From positions 4,303,768 through 4,367,767 of the forward strand of contig CM109711.1 in assembly GCA_048771875.1 (NCBI GenBank): DNA of 64,000 bases, written 5' to 3'. The translations under genes were made by a program, and so were the position numbers. Under the pieces are notes generated by a model. That model was given only the letters and a program-made list of their open reading frames with translations. It ran no database searches and had not been told where the DNA came from. The DNA is from Ctenodactylus gundi (Eukaryota). Position 1 is the first letter of the stretch. Every line of letters begins with the position of its first letter. Positions 30,767-42,639 of the stretch are shown one piece after another.

Positions 30767-33700
30767 GCTGGGATGTAGCTCAGGCAAAGGCTTTAGGTTC
30801 CATCCTTAAGTACTGAGGGAAAAAAATAAGTAAAAGAAGACAAATATAAGACCATATATTGCATGCTCTCCAATATACTAAAACCATTAAATTACATACT
30901 CTAAATGGAAAAACTTTGTATGTGGATTATATCTCTGTAAAATAACAATCAGCCTATCCTCATTATTTTTATTTATTTATATGTTTTTTTGAGACAGAGT
31001 CTTACTTTGCATTCCAGGCTGGTCCTGAACTCACTGTGGGGCTTAGGCTGGCCTTGATCTCACAGCAGTCCTCCTGCCTCAGCCTCCCGGGTGCTGGGGC
31101 GACAGGCCTGCACCACCACGCCCAGTTATTATGTGGTGCTGCTCCACACACCTCGCTGTTCCTCCAGCCCCGCCCCCCTACCTTACCTGTGCGTCTTCAG
31201 GTCCAACCAACTATGGATTGAAGATATTTGGAAAAACAATTGCATCTGTCAAATATGTACAGACCTCCCCCATTGTCATTATTCCCTAAATAACATAACA
31301 AGTGCTTAGCAACATTTGCGTTGTGTTAGGTATTATAAGTAATCCAGAAGTGATTTAAGGTATGTGGGAGCCTGGTGAGCTGGTGTGCACCTGTATCCCA
31401 GCACGTTCATTCGTGGTTTCATTGTGAGTAAGTTCAGTCATTTGGGGGGAGAGGGGGACGCTGGTACTACGGATTGAACCAGGGCCTAGACCCAGAGCCT
31501 TACGCATGCTAAATGGTCTACCACTGAGCTCCCAGGGAGACTTTTTCTGGTGTCATTTGGTTGGTTGGGGTTTACAAGGCCTTGCTCTGTAGTCTAAGCT
31601 GATCCTGAACTCACTGTATTGCTGGTCTTCAAACTCACAGCAATCCTCCTGCTTCAGCTTCCTGAGTGATGAGATTACAAATGTGTGCCACCACAAACTA
31701 ATAGCAGTCCTGTTTAAATTATATTGTAAGGGTTGGAGGAATAGCACAGTGGTTAGAATGCTTGCCTAGTAAGCCCAAGCCCAGGGATCGATTCCCCAGC
31801 ACCACATAAGGTGGGCATGGTGGTGCTTGCCTGTAATTCTAGCACTCAGGAGGCTGAGGCAGGATTGCCATGTATTCAAGGCCAGCCTGGGCTACATAAT
31901 GAGTTCAGAACCAGCCTGGACTACAGGGAGAGACTCTATCTCAAAATAATAATAATAAAATAAATTATATTATCAGGCAGGGTCTCACTAATTTGCCCAG
32001 GCTAGTCTCAAACTTGTGATCTTCCTGCTTCAGCCTCCTCCCCACACATAGCTGGGATTACAGGTGCCACACAACTGGCTGTAGATTCGTGACTTATAAG
32101 GATTCAGCTCCTCATAGTTTGCAGAATCTTTCAAGAACATGTTTGATGGAAGGAGTTTCCACAGGCTGGGTCTAGTGGTGCACAGGCCTGTCACGGCAAG
32201 CACTCTGGGAGGCTGAGGCAGGAGGATCACAGATTTGAGCCCAGCCTGGGCAACTCAGCCACTTTGTGAGCTACTTAGTCTCAAAGTCAAAAATAAAAAT
32301 GGGACCAGTGGAGGAATAGCACAGCAGTTAATGTGATTGCCTAGCCAGCATAAGGTCCTTAGTTTGATCCCCAGACCCATATAAACTGGGGTGGGTGGTG
32401 CTAGGCTGTAATCCCAGGTCTCAGGAGGCTGAGACAGAGGATTGTCCTGAGTCCAAGGCCAGCCTGGGCTCCATAGTGAGTTTAGGACCAGCCTGGACTC
32501 CAGAGTGAGATCCTATCTCAATTAATTTTTAAAATAAAGTAAAAATGGGCTGGGATGGTTGCTCAGTGTAAAGGCCCTGGGCTCAATCTCCAATACCATA
32601 AAAAAAAAAAGAAAGAAAAGAAAACAGAAGGAAAAAGGTGGGCTCCCACAGGTACTTGTCTAGAGCCTCACAATCCAGGGGCATGTGACAGTGTCGGGTG
32701 GGCAGGGAGCGCTGCATGCCTCGGGGATGGGAAGGTCCTCTTAACCCTCTCCCTGTCGCCATCTCCCCCCTAGGGAGAGAAGTCCTTCTTTCTCCAGCCA
32801 GGGGAGCAGCTGGAGCGAGGCATCCAAGATGTGTACGTGCTGTCGGAGCAGCAGGGGCTGCTGCTGAGAGCGCTGGAGCCTCTGGAGGAGGGAGAGGGCG
32901 AGAAGGTGCTGCGCCAGCCCGGGGACCGCTGGCTCATCCGCGGGCCCCTGGAGTACGTGCCCCCCGCCAAGGTGGAGGTGGTGGAGGAGCGCCAGGCCAT
33001 CCCTCTGGACGAGAACGAGGGCATCTACGTGCAGGACGTCAAGACTGGAAAGGTGATGGCTGCAAGATGAGCGGCGCGCTGTGTGACACACCGCAGCTTG
33101 GTCTGGGCAAGCCGTGCCAGTGAGGGAAAGGCGCTGGGGGTGGGTGGATGCCAGGAGCATCTGGCCAGGCTGTCCGGCAGGTGTGGCCACATTTCACCGA
33201 GCATTTCCTATCTCTTTGTCTTAAATGTCTAATTTCAAATTTTAAATGGGAACTGGTGGCACAGGCCTCATAATTGTGGCACTCTGGGACGCTGAGGGAG
33301 AAGGACTGTGAGTTCAAATCCAGCCTGGGCCATTTAGCAACTTTGCGAGACTCTCAAATTCAAAATCAAGATACGGACTGGGGCTGTAGCTCAGTGACAA
33401 GGCCCCGGGCTCAATCCCCAGCGTTGCTCTGTCTCACCAGGTGTGGTGACATCACCTTTAACCTAGCACTCTGGGAGCATGAGGAGCATAGGTTCCAGCC
33501 CAGCTTAGTGTTAGGCCCTTTCTAAAAATAAATATTATTACTATTACTATTTTTGACACAGAGTCTTATTCTGTAGTCCAGGTTGTTCTTGGACTTACTA
33601 GGTAATCCAAGCTGGCCTCGAACTCATGGCAATCCTCCTGCCTCAGCCTCTTGAGTGCTGGGATTACAGAGATGCACCACTATGCCTGGCTAGTTTTTTT

Positions 33701-35307
33701 ATGTGGTGCTGGGGAATCAAACCCAGGATCTTGCGCATGCTAGGCAAGCACTTCAACTGCTGCGCGGTACCCCTCAGCACCTCAACATAAAAATTAAGGC
33801 CTGGTATGGAGATCAGTGTGAAGGTCCTACCTTTGGTCCCCAAGATTGCTTAAAAATAAGCAAACAGTGCAGACCTGGTCCCAGCATAAAGGTCTCACTG
33901 GAGAGTGACCTAGGCACAGGAAGAACCTCCCCCAAACTGGGTATGAGAACACACACCTGTAATTCTAGTGCTCGGGGAACCTGAGGCAGGAGGATCACAA
34001 GTGTACGCCCAGCTGTTCCACTGCAGTTCAGCAACTGAGAGAGACTGTCTCAGAAATGAGAAGGGGCTGGGGGTGTGTTGATGTCTCAGGCCCTGGGCTC
34101 CGTGTCCAGCGTTGGGGAGAGGGAGGGGAATGACCTGCTTCCCTCTGGACCCATCCTTTCCGGCTTTTTCTTTTTCTGCTCCTTCAGGAAAATCTTGACC
34201 ACAGACCCATCTCCAGCTTCTCTTTGTGATGGTCTGGGGAGGGTCAGTGTGTGAAGATGCTTCCAACCGCCCAGGAAGGACGATTTTGAAATAATATTGT
34301 GGTTATGTGCTTAGTGTTGTGCCTTGAACCAGACGTGGTGATGTCCCCTTGCCCCGTGGGGTCCCACCACCGGGTCCATTTGGTGGGCAGCTTGCCCAGG
34401 GTGAGAGCTGGCCGAGGACAGGGCGGAGACTGAGGTCAGCCTGCTACGGAGACGCTGCGCGGGGCCACTGCGTCGGGACTGGCCTGTCCCTGCTCCCGCA
34501 CTGACGACACCTGTCCTGTGCCCCTCCCAAAGGTGCGTGCTGTCATCGGAAGCACCTACATGCTGACCCAGGACGAGGTCCTGTGGGAGAAGGAGCTGCC
34601 CCCCGGGGTGGAGGAGCTGCTCACTAAGGGGCAGGACCCCCTGGCCGACCGGGGCCATAAGGCCGGGGACAAGACGCCTCACCTGCCCCCTGCCCGGAAC
34701 AAGACCCGTGTGGTGAGCTACCGCGTGCCGCACAACGCGGCGGTGCAGGTGTACGACTACAGGGCCAAGCGCGCCCGGTGAGCGGCGCCCCGGGCGGGCG
34801 GCGTGTGGGCGGCGGGCGCGGGGCCCATCAGGCTCTGACCTCGGCTCTCTCCGCAGCGTGGTCTTCGGTCCGGAGCTCGTGTCGCTGGGGCCGGAGGAGC
34901 AGTTCACCGTGCTGTCCCTCTCGGCCGGGCGGCCCAAGCGGCCCCATGCTCGCCGCGCGCTCTGCTTGCTGCTGGGCCCGGACTTCTTCACAGACGTCAT
35001 CACCATCGAAACGGCAGACCACGCCAGGCTGCAGCTGCAGCTGGCCTACAACTGGTGAGGGCCGCAGCTGGGCCAGCACAGGAGACGCCACCCAGGGAGG
35101 GCGGAGCACAGAGGTGCCCAGGTCAGGAGAGCTGGGGGCTGGAGGGATGGCACAGAGGTTAAAGCACTTGCCTAGCAAGCCCCACATCCCGAGTGTGATT
35201 CCCCAGCACCACATAAGCTGGGCATGGTGGGGCAGGCCTGTCATCCCAGCACTGGGGATTGTCCTGAGTCCAGGACCAGCCTGGACTACAAAGTGAGAAC
35301 CTGTCTC

Positions 35308-35346
<39 letters not shown>

Positions 35347-38300
35347 GTAAAAAGGTGAGCTTGGAGGCTAGGGGTGTAGCCAAGTGGTAGAGCCCTTGCC
35401 TAGCGTGCTCTGGTCCCCGGGTTCCATCCTCAGCACAGCACTGGGTGAAGGTGGGGCTGGGGAATCCAGGAAAGAGGCTGGCTCACTCACGCCCTGGCAC
35501 GTGGACTTTGGGATCCAACTGAAGGGCGTTAGGCCAGCTAACCTCCCTTTTGTATCCAGCCCAATGCTTCCCTGAAGTGTTACCAAAAGATTCATTCCCA
35601 GCGCGGTGGTGCAGCTGCGCAGAAGCTCTAGTCCCAGCTACTTGGGAAGCCGAGGCAGGAAGATTGCAAACTGGAGCGCACCCTGAGTGACTTGGAAACT
35701 CAGCTGGGGACTCAGCTTGGTGGGAAGGCCCTGGGCTCAAAACCCCAGTACTAGAAAAATGGAAAAAAGACAGAAAGCCACTTCCCAAGCATTTGTTCCA
35801 TACCTCTTGGCTGAGAGTAGCCAATACAAAGGCGCACGGTACTGGTGAAGCCCAGGACACAGTAGCATTGTGCCTCAGTTATTATTTGTTGCTGCTGTTG
35901 CTACAACACATTACTGAACACCCACCATTCAGGGGAGGAAAGGTTTATTTTCGCTCACAGTTTCATGAAGTCTCAATCCATTTATGGGCAGCCGGCAATG
36001 GTGAAGGCCTGGCCAGGCAAGAGCTGTTTGTGGTATGGTGGACAGGAAGGCAACTGAGCAAGGAAGGGTGGCGCTAACATATACCCTTCCAGATCCCACC
36101 CCTTCTAGGTAGAGCCCCAAGGATTGGCCCCTTCCAGCCAGACCCCGCCTCCTATGAGCACATGGCATCCATAGACTGGATTCTAGGATATCCAAATACA
36201 TGAGACTTTTTGGGGGACATTCCGGATCCAAACCATGACAGTTAAGAGCACAGATCCTACAGCCAGATTCCCTGGCGGCAGCTTTCCGGCGTGTCACACT
36301 TTGGATGACCTTGGGCCAGCCATGTAATCTCTCTGGACCTGTTTCCTCATCTATAAAATGGGAAGAATACTGTTTCCTACCTCCAAGGGTAGTGGAGAGG
36401 ACTAAGTGGGAAAATGAAATAGGTTTCTCTAGGATTTCTTTTTTTTTTTTCTTTTGCATCACCAGGAACTGAACACAGGGCTTTTGCACTGAGCTATAAT
36501 CCCAGCCGTTTTTAATTTTTGTTGTAAGATAGATAGGGTCTCATTAAGTTGCCAAGTTGCTTGAGCTGGGCTTGAACTTGTGATCCTTCTGCCTCAGTCT
36601 CAGACTGCTAGGATGACAGGCCTGCACCACTGGGCTCAGCTGATACTCTTAGGATCTTACTGGGCACAAATGAGCGTTCTAAGCTGTAGGAGATGCTGCC
36701 CGGCCGCAAAGAATCAGTGTCAACTCCTGGAGAGTTAGCATGTCCGGAAGAAAATGGCTTCCCTGCTCTGGGCCTTCCCTTCCAGGCACTTCGAAATCAG
36801 TAACCGGAATGATCCTCAGGAGGCAGCCAAGCTCTTCTCGGTGCCCGACTTTGTGGGTGACGCCTGCAAGGCCATCGCATCCCGTGTGCGGGGGGCCGTG
36901 GCTGCAGTCACCTTCGACGACTTCCATAAGAACTCAGCCCGCATCATCTGCACAGCAGTTTTTGGCTTTGAGACCTCCGAGGTCAAGGGTTCCGACAGCC
37001 TGGTGCTGCCCAGGCCCGGGGACAAGGCCATCTTCCCCCAGAATGGACTGGTGATCAGCAGTGTGGACGTGCAGTCAGTGGAACCTGTGGACCAGAGGAC
37101 CCGGGATGCCCTGCAGCGGAGTGTCCAGCTGGCCATTGAGATCACCACCAACTCCCAAGAGGCGGCCGCCAAGTGAGTGACCTCCGCGGGGGTGCGGGGT
37201 CCCCATCTCACCACGGCCTGGACCAGAACTGAAGGTTTGGCCCAGGGTTGGGGATTGTACAGCCTTTGTGAAATCATTTGCTCTGGCCTGGCCCAAGGCC
37301 TCACCAAAGAGAAGCAGTTGCAGCCGTCACATTAGGGGTGAGTTAATTAAATGTTTTACCAAATCTAGCAGGCTAATTTTTAAGTTGATAATTTTGTAGG
37401 GACCATATTTGTATCCAAGTGGCCCTTGGCAGATAAAAGGTTCCCTGCTCCTGGTTTAGCCAATCCAGGGACAGTGCAGGCTCACCTAGATACGATCGCA
37501 TCCAGGCGGCCAGCCTGCTGCCATCCTTGGCCCCAAGGACCTGTTCTTTACCCAGCAGATAATGTGACCTACTTACAGTGTGAATCAGATGCTGTCCCTG
37601 CTCTCACCGCTTTCCCCCTTGCTTACGAGGGACCCAAAGTCTCAGTGGCCTTCCAGGCTTTCTGAGGTTCAGCCTGTCCCCTGACACCCCACTTTCCAGC
37701 CCTTCTCCTCAAATATGCACAGTTCCTACTTCCAGCCATTTGCACTGGTTGTTCTGCTGCCCAGAAAGCACTTCCTTTGGGGCACTTCTAAGGCAGGCTC
37801 CTCCTAGCCACCGCCCCAAAATCACCTGGTTTGTGCCCCCTGGTTGCAGTAGTGCCCTCTTTGCCAGGTCACCCGTGTCCCTACCCCCACGCCGCCTGCT
37901 GCTGTGCCCCACATGCTTGCTTGCGTGTGTTAGTGGTACTGTCGGTGGGAGCAGTGCAGCATGTGCACCTGCCTTCCCAGGCCGAGGCCGCCCATGGGTC
38001 CTTCCTTGCACGTGTGATGATCGGTCTAAGCAGGCTGCGCGTTGGGTGCAGTCCAGAGCACAGGGCCTGTCCTGGGCTCCCTGCCGCTTGGTGATCCTTG
38101 GCACTGCTGGCTCAGCTCCAGCCCATTCCAGCATCTCTCCTGCCCCTGCTCTCCTCCAGGCACGAGGCTCAGAGACTGGAGCAAGAAGCCCGCGGCCGCC
38201 TCGACAGGCAGAAGATCTTGGACCAGTCAGAAGCTGAGAAGGCTCGCAAAGAGCTCCTGGAGCTGGAGGCCATGAGGCGAGTGAGATCAGAGGAGGAAAG

Positions 38301-40157
38301 CTGGGCGGGCTGGGGGGCTGGAAGGCTGCGGGGACTGGGGGCGCGCGCGCGCGTGTGTGTGTGTGTGTGTGTGTGTGTCAAAGGCCTGCAGTTCACTGCA
38401 AAGCGGGAATCAGGGCCTTCGCTGGGCGGGGCTTCCTCCTGAGTCTCATCCGGCCCCTAATCTGCTTCCCCTTCCAGCATGGCGGTGGAGAGCACAGGGT
38501 CTGCTAAGGCTGAGGCCGAGTCCCGCGCAGAGGCGGCGCGGATTGAGGGCGAAGGCTCCGTGCTGCAGGCCAGGCTGAAGGCGCAGGCCCTGGCTATCGA
38601 GACGGTGAGTCCGGGAAATGCTGACACAAGGCTGTGGCCGCGGGGCTGGAAGGAGCCAGTGTGCCACCGGCCCTGAGGCCAGGCAGGATGGCACGTGCAC
38701 TCGCGCAGAGCCTTGTTCGCTTTGGAATTGGTGCCCCCTTTGCAAGGATCATTGTGCCCATTCCACAGATGAGTATGGAAACAGGGGTCGCCTTTGTGCC
38801 AGTGCTTAACTTGCGCTCTGTTTGTACCATGGCATTTTATAATTGAAATTCCATGGTGTGGCTCAGTGCTATAGTACCTGCCTCGCATGTTTGAGGCCTT
38901 GAGTTTTTTCCTAAGCATTGGGGGAAAAAAAAGCTACCACTGAGGTACTTTTTTTTTTTTTTTTTTTTGGAGATAAGGTCTGGTTTTGTAGTCTAAGCTG
39001 GTCCTCAACTCACTATGTAGCCCAGGCTGGCCTCAAACTCACAGCAATCCTCTTGCCTTGACCTCCTGAGCGCAGGGATTATGGGCATGTGCCACCCTGC
39101 CTGGCTAATTTTTATGGAGTGCTGGGGAATGAACCCAGGACCTTGCACGTGCTAGGCAAGCGCTCTAGCCACTGACGTAGGCCCCTGGGCTGACTTTATT
39201 TGCAGAGGAGAGACCCAGGCTCAGGGTAAGGAACTCCGTGGGTCACTAGCTACATGGGGGCAGAGTTGAGGTTCACACCCTCCTGACTAAGCCCCATCAC
39301 GTGAGCATCAGTTCCCTGGGGCTTGCTGGGCAGTTCCCGGGGGCCACAGTTCTGAAGGCAGCCCGGATTCTCCCTCTAGGAGGCGGAGCTCCAGAGAGTC
39401 CAGAAAGTACGCGACCTAGAATTGGTCTATGCCCGGGCCCAGCTGGAGCTGGAGGTGAGCAAGGCCAAGCAGCTGGCGGAGGTGGAGGTGAAGAAGTTCC
39501 AGCAGATGACAGAGGCCCTCGGCCCCAGCGTCATCAGGGACATGGCCATGGCTGGGCCAGAGATGCAAGTGAGTGTGTACGGAGGTGGGAGGGGTGAGGG
39601 CAGGTCCTGGGACCCGCCTTGGAGCCAGGAAGGTTGGGGGGGCGGGGGCGGGGCGGGGACACATACGCCAGAGCGATGCCAAGGAGGGGAGGGCCAACCG
39701 TCCCCGTGTCACGTGAGCAGCGCCATGCTGCACGGGGTCGGGCACAGGCCCAGACCTCAGGGAGCTGGAGCTCCTGGGAGAGACAGAAAACCGATGGCGT
39801 GGACCTGTGACATGTGCTGTGAAGGACGTCAGGCGGGGTGATCGAACGAGGCGGTGGCACCTCAGATCGGTGGCTCACAGGGGCCGCCGGGAAGGCAGCT
39901 AGATGAGAGAAGTGACCAGCGTCCTTACCTTCTTCCTCCAGGTAAAGCTACTCCAGGCGCTGGGCCTGAAGTCCACCCTGATCACAGATGGCTCCACTCC
40001 CATCAACCTGTTCAGCACAGCCTTTGGGCTACTGGGGCTGGGTCCTGACGGTCAGCCCCCAGCAAAGGCAGGCCCAGGGGCCAGCCCCCAGGGGGGCTTC
40101 CCTTTCCCAGCGCCTTCCTCCCTTCAAGCTGCTGGGGACAAGCGCACGGTGCCTTAG
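23852..40157 (+). CDS. MVP: MVP, major vault protein; 14 coding exons: 23852-23976, 24158-24353, 27395-27518, 27602-27733, 29112-29206, 29809-30045, 32774-33052, 34533-34777, 34857-35054, 36786-37172, 38160-38276, 38478-38604, 39380-39568, 39942-40157; 888 aa
   Basis: Spliced translation is [42 protein letters not shown]|[23 protein letters not shown]...|...[71 protein letters not shown]. It is collinear with human and rat MVP (vault repeats, shoulder and cap-helix). Total 2667 nt = 889 codons. Every junction has AG acceptors and GT donors with consistent phases, except the donor after exon 12, which is GC. Confidence 0.92.
24158..24353 (+). CDS. MVP: MVP coding exon 2
   Basis: ORF track 24066..24683 carries (R)[65 protein letters not shown]. 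Donor gtacct at 24354. Confidence 0.9.
24807..24837. repeat. (CCT)n microsatellite
   Basis: Read directly from the sequence. Confidence 0.9.
25462..25705 (+). mobile_element. composite ID-like + B1-like SINE
   Basis: Same architecture as the element at 7425. Confidence 0.7.
26443..26527. repeat. 17-bp x5 tandem array (gtgggattgaacccagg) derived from a SINE tRNA-like head
   Basis: Five perfect copies. Confidence 0.9.
27395..27518 (+). CDS. MVP: MVP coding exon 3
   Basis: [41 protein letters not shown](G). Anchored to ORF 27413..27643. Confidence 0.9.
27602..27733 (+). CDS. MVP: MVP coding exon 4
   Basis: [43 protein letters not shown](G). Anchored to ORF 27625..27846. Confidence 0.9.
29112..29206 (+). 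CDS. MVP: MVP coding exon 5
   Basis: (G)[31 protein letters not shown]. The acceptor cag ends at 29111 and the donor gtctgt is at 29207. Confidence 0.88.
29478..29680 (+). mobile_element. composite ID-like + B1-like SINE
   Basis: Same architecture as the element at 7425. Confidence 0.7.
29809..30045 (+). CDS. MVP: MVP coding exon 6
   Basis: [82 protein letters not shown] 29857..30075. Confidence 0.9.
30735..30763. repeat. (A)29 homopolymer (SINE tail)
   Basis: Read directly from the sequence. Confidence 0.9.
32774..33052 (+). CDS. MVP: MVP coding exon 7
   Basis: [96 protein letters not shown] 32831..33070. Confidence 0.9.
34533..34777 (+). CDS. MVP: MVP coding exon 8
   Basis: [81 protein letters not shown](R). 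ORF 34518..34781. Confidence 0.9.
34857..35054 (+). CDS. MVP: MVP coding exon 9
   Basis: [65 protein letters not shown](W). ORF 34858..35058. Confidence 0.9.
35133..35308 (+). mobile_element. composite ID-like + B1-like SINE (in MVP intron)
   Basis: Same architecture as the element at 7425. Confidence 0.7.
35308..35345. repeat. (AAT)n microsatellite at a SINE tail
   Basis: Read directly from the sequence. Confidence 0.9.
36786..37172 (+). CDS. MVP: MVP coding exon 10
   Basis: [128 protein letters not shown](K). ORF 36754..37176. GTGAGT donor at 37173. Confidence 0.9.
38160..38276 (+). CDS. MVP: MVP coding exon 11 (ends with non-canonical GC donor)
   Basis: (K)[38 protein letters not shown](S). 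Only an exon end at 38276 (AG|GCGAGT) keeps the frame with the next exon (c atg gcg = SMA). Confidence 0.8.
38341..38378. repeat. (GC)6(GT)13 alternating purine-pyrimidine microsatellite in MVP intron
   Basis: Read directly from the sequence. Confidence 0.9.
38478..38604 (+). CDS. MVP: MVP coding exon 12
   Basis: [46 protein letters not shown] 38479..38676. gtgagt donor at 38605. Confidence 0.9.
39380..39568 (+). CDS. MVP: MVP coding exon 13
   Basis: [66 protein letters not shown] 39422..39841. Confidence 0.9.
39942..40157 (+). CDS. MVP: MVP last coding exon
   Basis: [74 protein letters not shown] 39903..40157. Confidence 0.9.
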   Translation, partial: VKLLQALGLKSTLITDGSTPINLFSTAFGLLGLGPDGQPPAKAGPGASPQGGFPFPAPSSLQAAGDKRTVP

Positions 40158-40182
40158 CTCAGTCCCGCACTGACAACTGACC

Positions 40183-40188
40183 AATAAA
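40183..40188 (+). terminator. AATAAA, MVP polyA signal
   Basis: Lies 26 nt after the MVP stop codon. Confidence 0.7.
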
Positions 40189-42471
40189 ATGTGTTTCTGG
40201 GCATATTTAAATGCTTTTCTATTGTTTCAAGCCAGGGTCGCCCCAGGGCTTAGTGGGGAAGGGAAGCTGCCTGAGGTCTCAAAGGAAACTGGGACAGGCA
40301 GAAGGCTAAGCTGCCTGTGTGCTGTGGTGCACTCAGGAAGCTGAGGCAGGAAGATCTCTGTAAGTTTGAGGCCAGCCTGGGCTACGTAGTGAGTTCAAGT
40401 TCAGCCTGGACTACATAGTGAGGCCCTGTCTCAAAAAAAAAAAATGTAAACAAAGTCACACTGTTAAGAATGTGACTCCAAGTGTCAGTAAGCCCGCTGT
40501 CCTTCAGGCAGTCAGCTTCCCCAGATCGCAGGTGGGCTGCTGCTGGGGTGGGGTCTGCCCAGCCAGCGCTCTGGGATCCCTGGCACTCCCTTCTAGACCC
40601 CAGCTGCTGCGGAGCTGACCCAGCCTCTAGAATGGCGCCACCTGCTGGTCACACCAGCAGCCCTCAGCACCCCAGAAGCACTGTGCACGTCCCGGCTGGC
40701 CAGGAGAACCTTCCCCAGGGGAGCAGGAAGTGGAGTGCCCTCAGAGCATCTGGCTGGGGCTCTCCAGGACCACCAACGAGGGGTGCCCTCTTCCCACCCA
40801 CCCCCGTAACTACTAAGAGGCTCTTCTTATTTGGGAGGAAAATCCAGGCACAGCCAGGCTGGCTCACTGCCACCCTCTGGACCAGGCAGAACTGCAGGTG
40901 CCAGGCCCGCCCCATCTCCACCGAACAAGTAAAAAGATTCCGGGGTGGAGAGAACAGCATGCTCTTGCTCTCTGTGTGGCTATGGAGGGCAGCTCACCCT
41001 CTTCGATCTATTTGGCCATCTGTGAAATGGGCCAGCAGTTCCCTTTGAGCAGTTGGTGCCAATTGCTGATACGATGACGTTTTGGGCAGAATTGGGATTA
41101 AACCCAGGTCCTTGCTGATGCCAGGCAAGTAGTTGGCCACTGAGCTATACACCTTTTCTTTTCTTTCTTTCTTTCTTTTTTTTTTGAGATGGGGTCTTTG
41201 TAGTTCAGGATGGTCCTCACTGTGTATCTTTGACTGGCCTCAAACTCATGGTGATCCTCCTGCCTCAGCCTCCCAAGTGCTGGGATTACAGACATGCGCT
41301 ACCATACCTGGGTTTATGTGGTGCCGGGGAATCGAACTCAGGGCCTTGCGGGCTCTAACTGCTGTGCTCTTCCTCCAAACCCCCCAGCTTAGATTCTGTG
41401 ATCTAGCCACATTACTCACTTGAAACTTCCCTCCACTCCTTCATCTTCCTGTGTTTACTTAGTAGAAAAAGCCCAAGCTGGGCATGTGCCTATAATCCCA
41501 GAGAGGAGGCTGAGGCAGGAGGATATCAACTTAAAGACTTAGTAAGACTCTCTGGAAATCAAAAATAAAAAGGGTTAAGAATGTAGCTCAGTGCAAAGGC
41601 CCTGGGGTTCAGTTGCCAGTGCGGTGAAAAGTAAGAGAAAGGAGACTCGTCCAATCATTTCTGGAACCACCTTCCTCCCTGTGCCCACCCGAGCAGGCAC
41701 CGAAGCTCTCTGGTCCCATTTTAGACTCACTCCAAGGGAGGCCCAGCTGCCCTCACACGGCGCCTGTGTGAGATGCCCTTCCAAACAGCTGTGCTCACCA
41801 CCTCCCTTCTCAGCCTCCTACACCCTGCCCAGCTTTTCTCACCTCTTTGAGAAAATAGAAGCAAACTGGGCAGGAAGGCCGCCTTCTCCCAGCAGCAGAT
41901 CAGCAGGCCGCATGGGCGTCTGTGTCCTCCCCTCCGCCCCCCTCTCTGCCACGTGTGCGCACAAGCAGGTGCTTGGGCCTCCTTCCTGGCCCAGCTCCTC
42001 TGGCGTTCCCTGCGGAAGTTCCTGCTCCTCACCGGAAGTTCCTGCTCATCACCTCTCGGCCTCGGCCTCCACGCTGAACGCATCGCCAGGCCAATTTTCA
42101 AATTTGATTTTTGGAACATGGTCTTCCCTGTGTTGCTAAGTTGCCCAGGCTGGGCTCACCCTTGGGATCCTCCTGTCTCAGCCTGGGATTACAGGCGTGC
42201 CCCACCACGCCCAGCTGTTACGTGGTGCTGGGGATGGAGCCCAGGGCCTGGCACTCCTAGGCAGGCGCTCTTATCCTGGGGCTCCCTCCCCAACCCACCT
42301 GCCTGTTCTCTTCCCGCGCCTCTCTGGTTTCCTTGGCTGGCTCGCCCTCTCTGCTCAGCCTCTGAATGGTGGGTCCCTGTAGGCCCTTTTGTTTTAAACT
42401 TACTTTTTTGACCAGTACCATGACCTTAGATCATGTCCATTCCACTGACTTTGGAAGTCCATTTCTCCAAA

Positions 42472-42531
42472 GCGGGGCTGGGGGGTGGGGAGGGTCGGGG
42501 GGGGGGGGTCGGGGGGGGGGTCGGGTGTCGT
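42472..42531. repeat. G-rich block (ggggtcggggggggg repeats), potential G-quadruplex
   Basis: Read directly from the sequence. Confidence 0.7.
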
Positions 42532-42639
42532 GGTGCCATCCTATAGTCCCAGCACTCTGGGAGGCTGAGGCAAAGCCCAGCCTGGGCAGCTTAGTGACTT
42601 AGAAAGACCCTGTCTCAGAAATATTTGACTTTGGTATTT

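Noticed and set aside
34311-35006. 231-aa minus-strand ORF (and similar antisense ORFs 36816..37307, 27391..27828, 32741..33190, 57841..58137 +)
   Set aside because: They are mirror-strand ORFs running through real GC-rich MVP/CDIPT exons and introns. They have no splice logic and no protein similarity, while the opposite strand encodes a perfectly collinear known protein.
40482-42411. ORFs 40482..41048 (188 aa), 41591..42139 (182 aa), 41953..42411 (152 aa) downstream of MVP
   Set aside because: Pro/Ser/Arg/Trp-rich with no recognisable domains. They overlap SINE fragments and each other, so they were treated as non-coding intergenic sequence.
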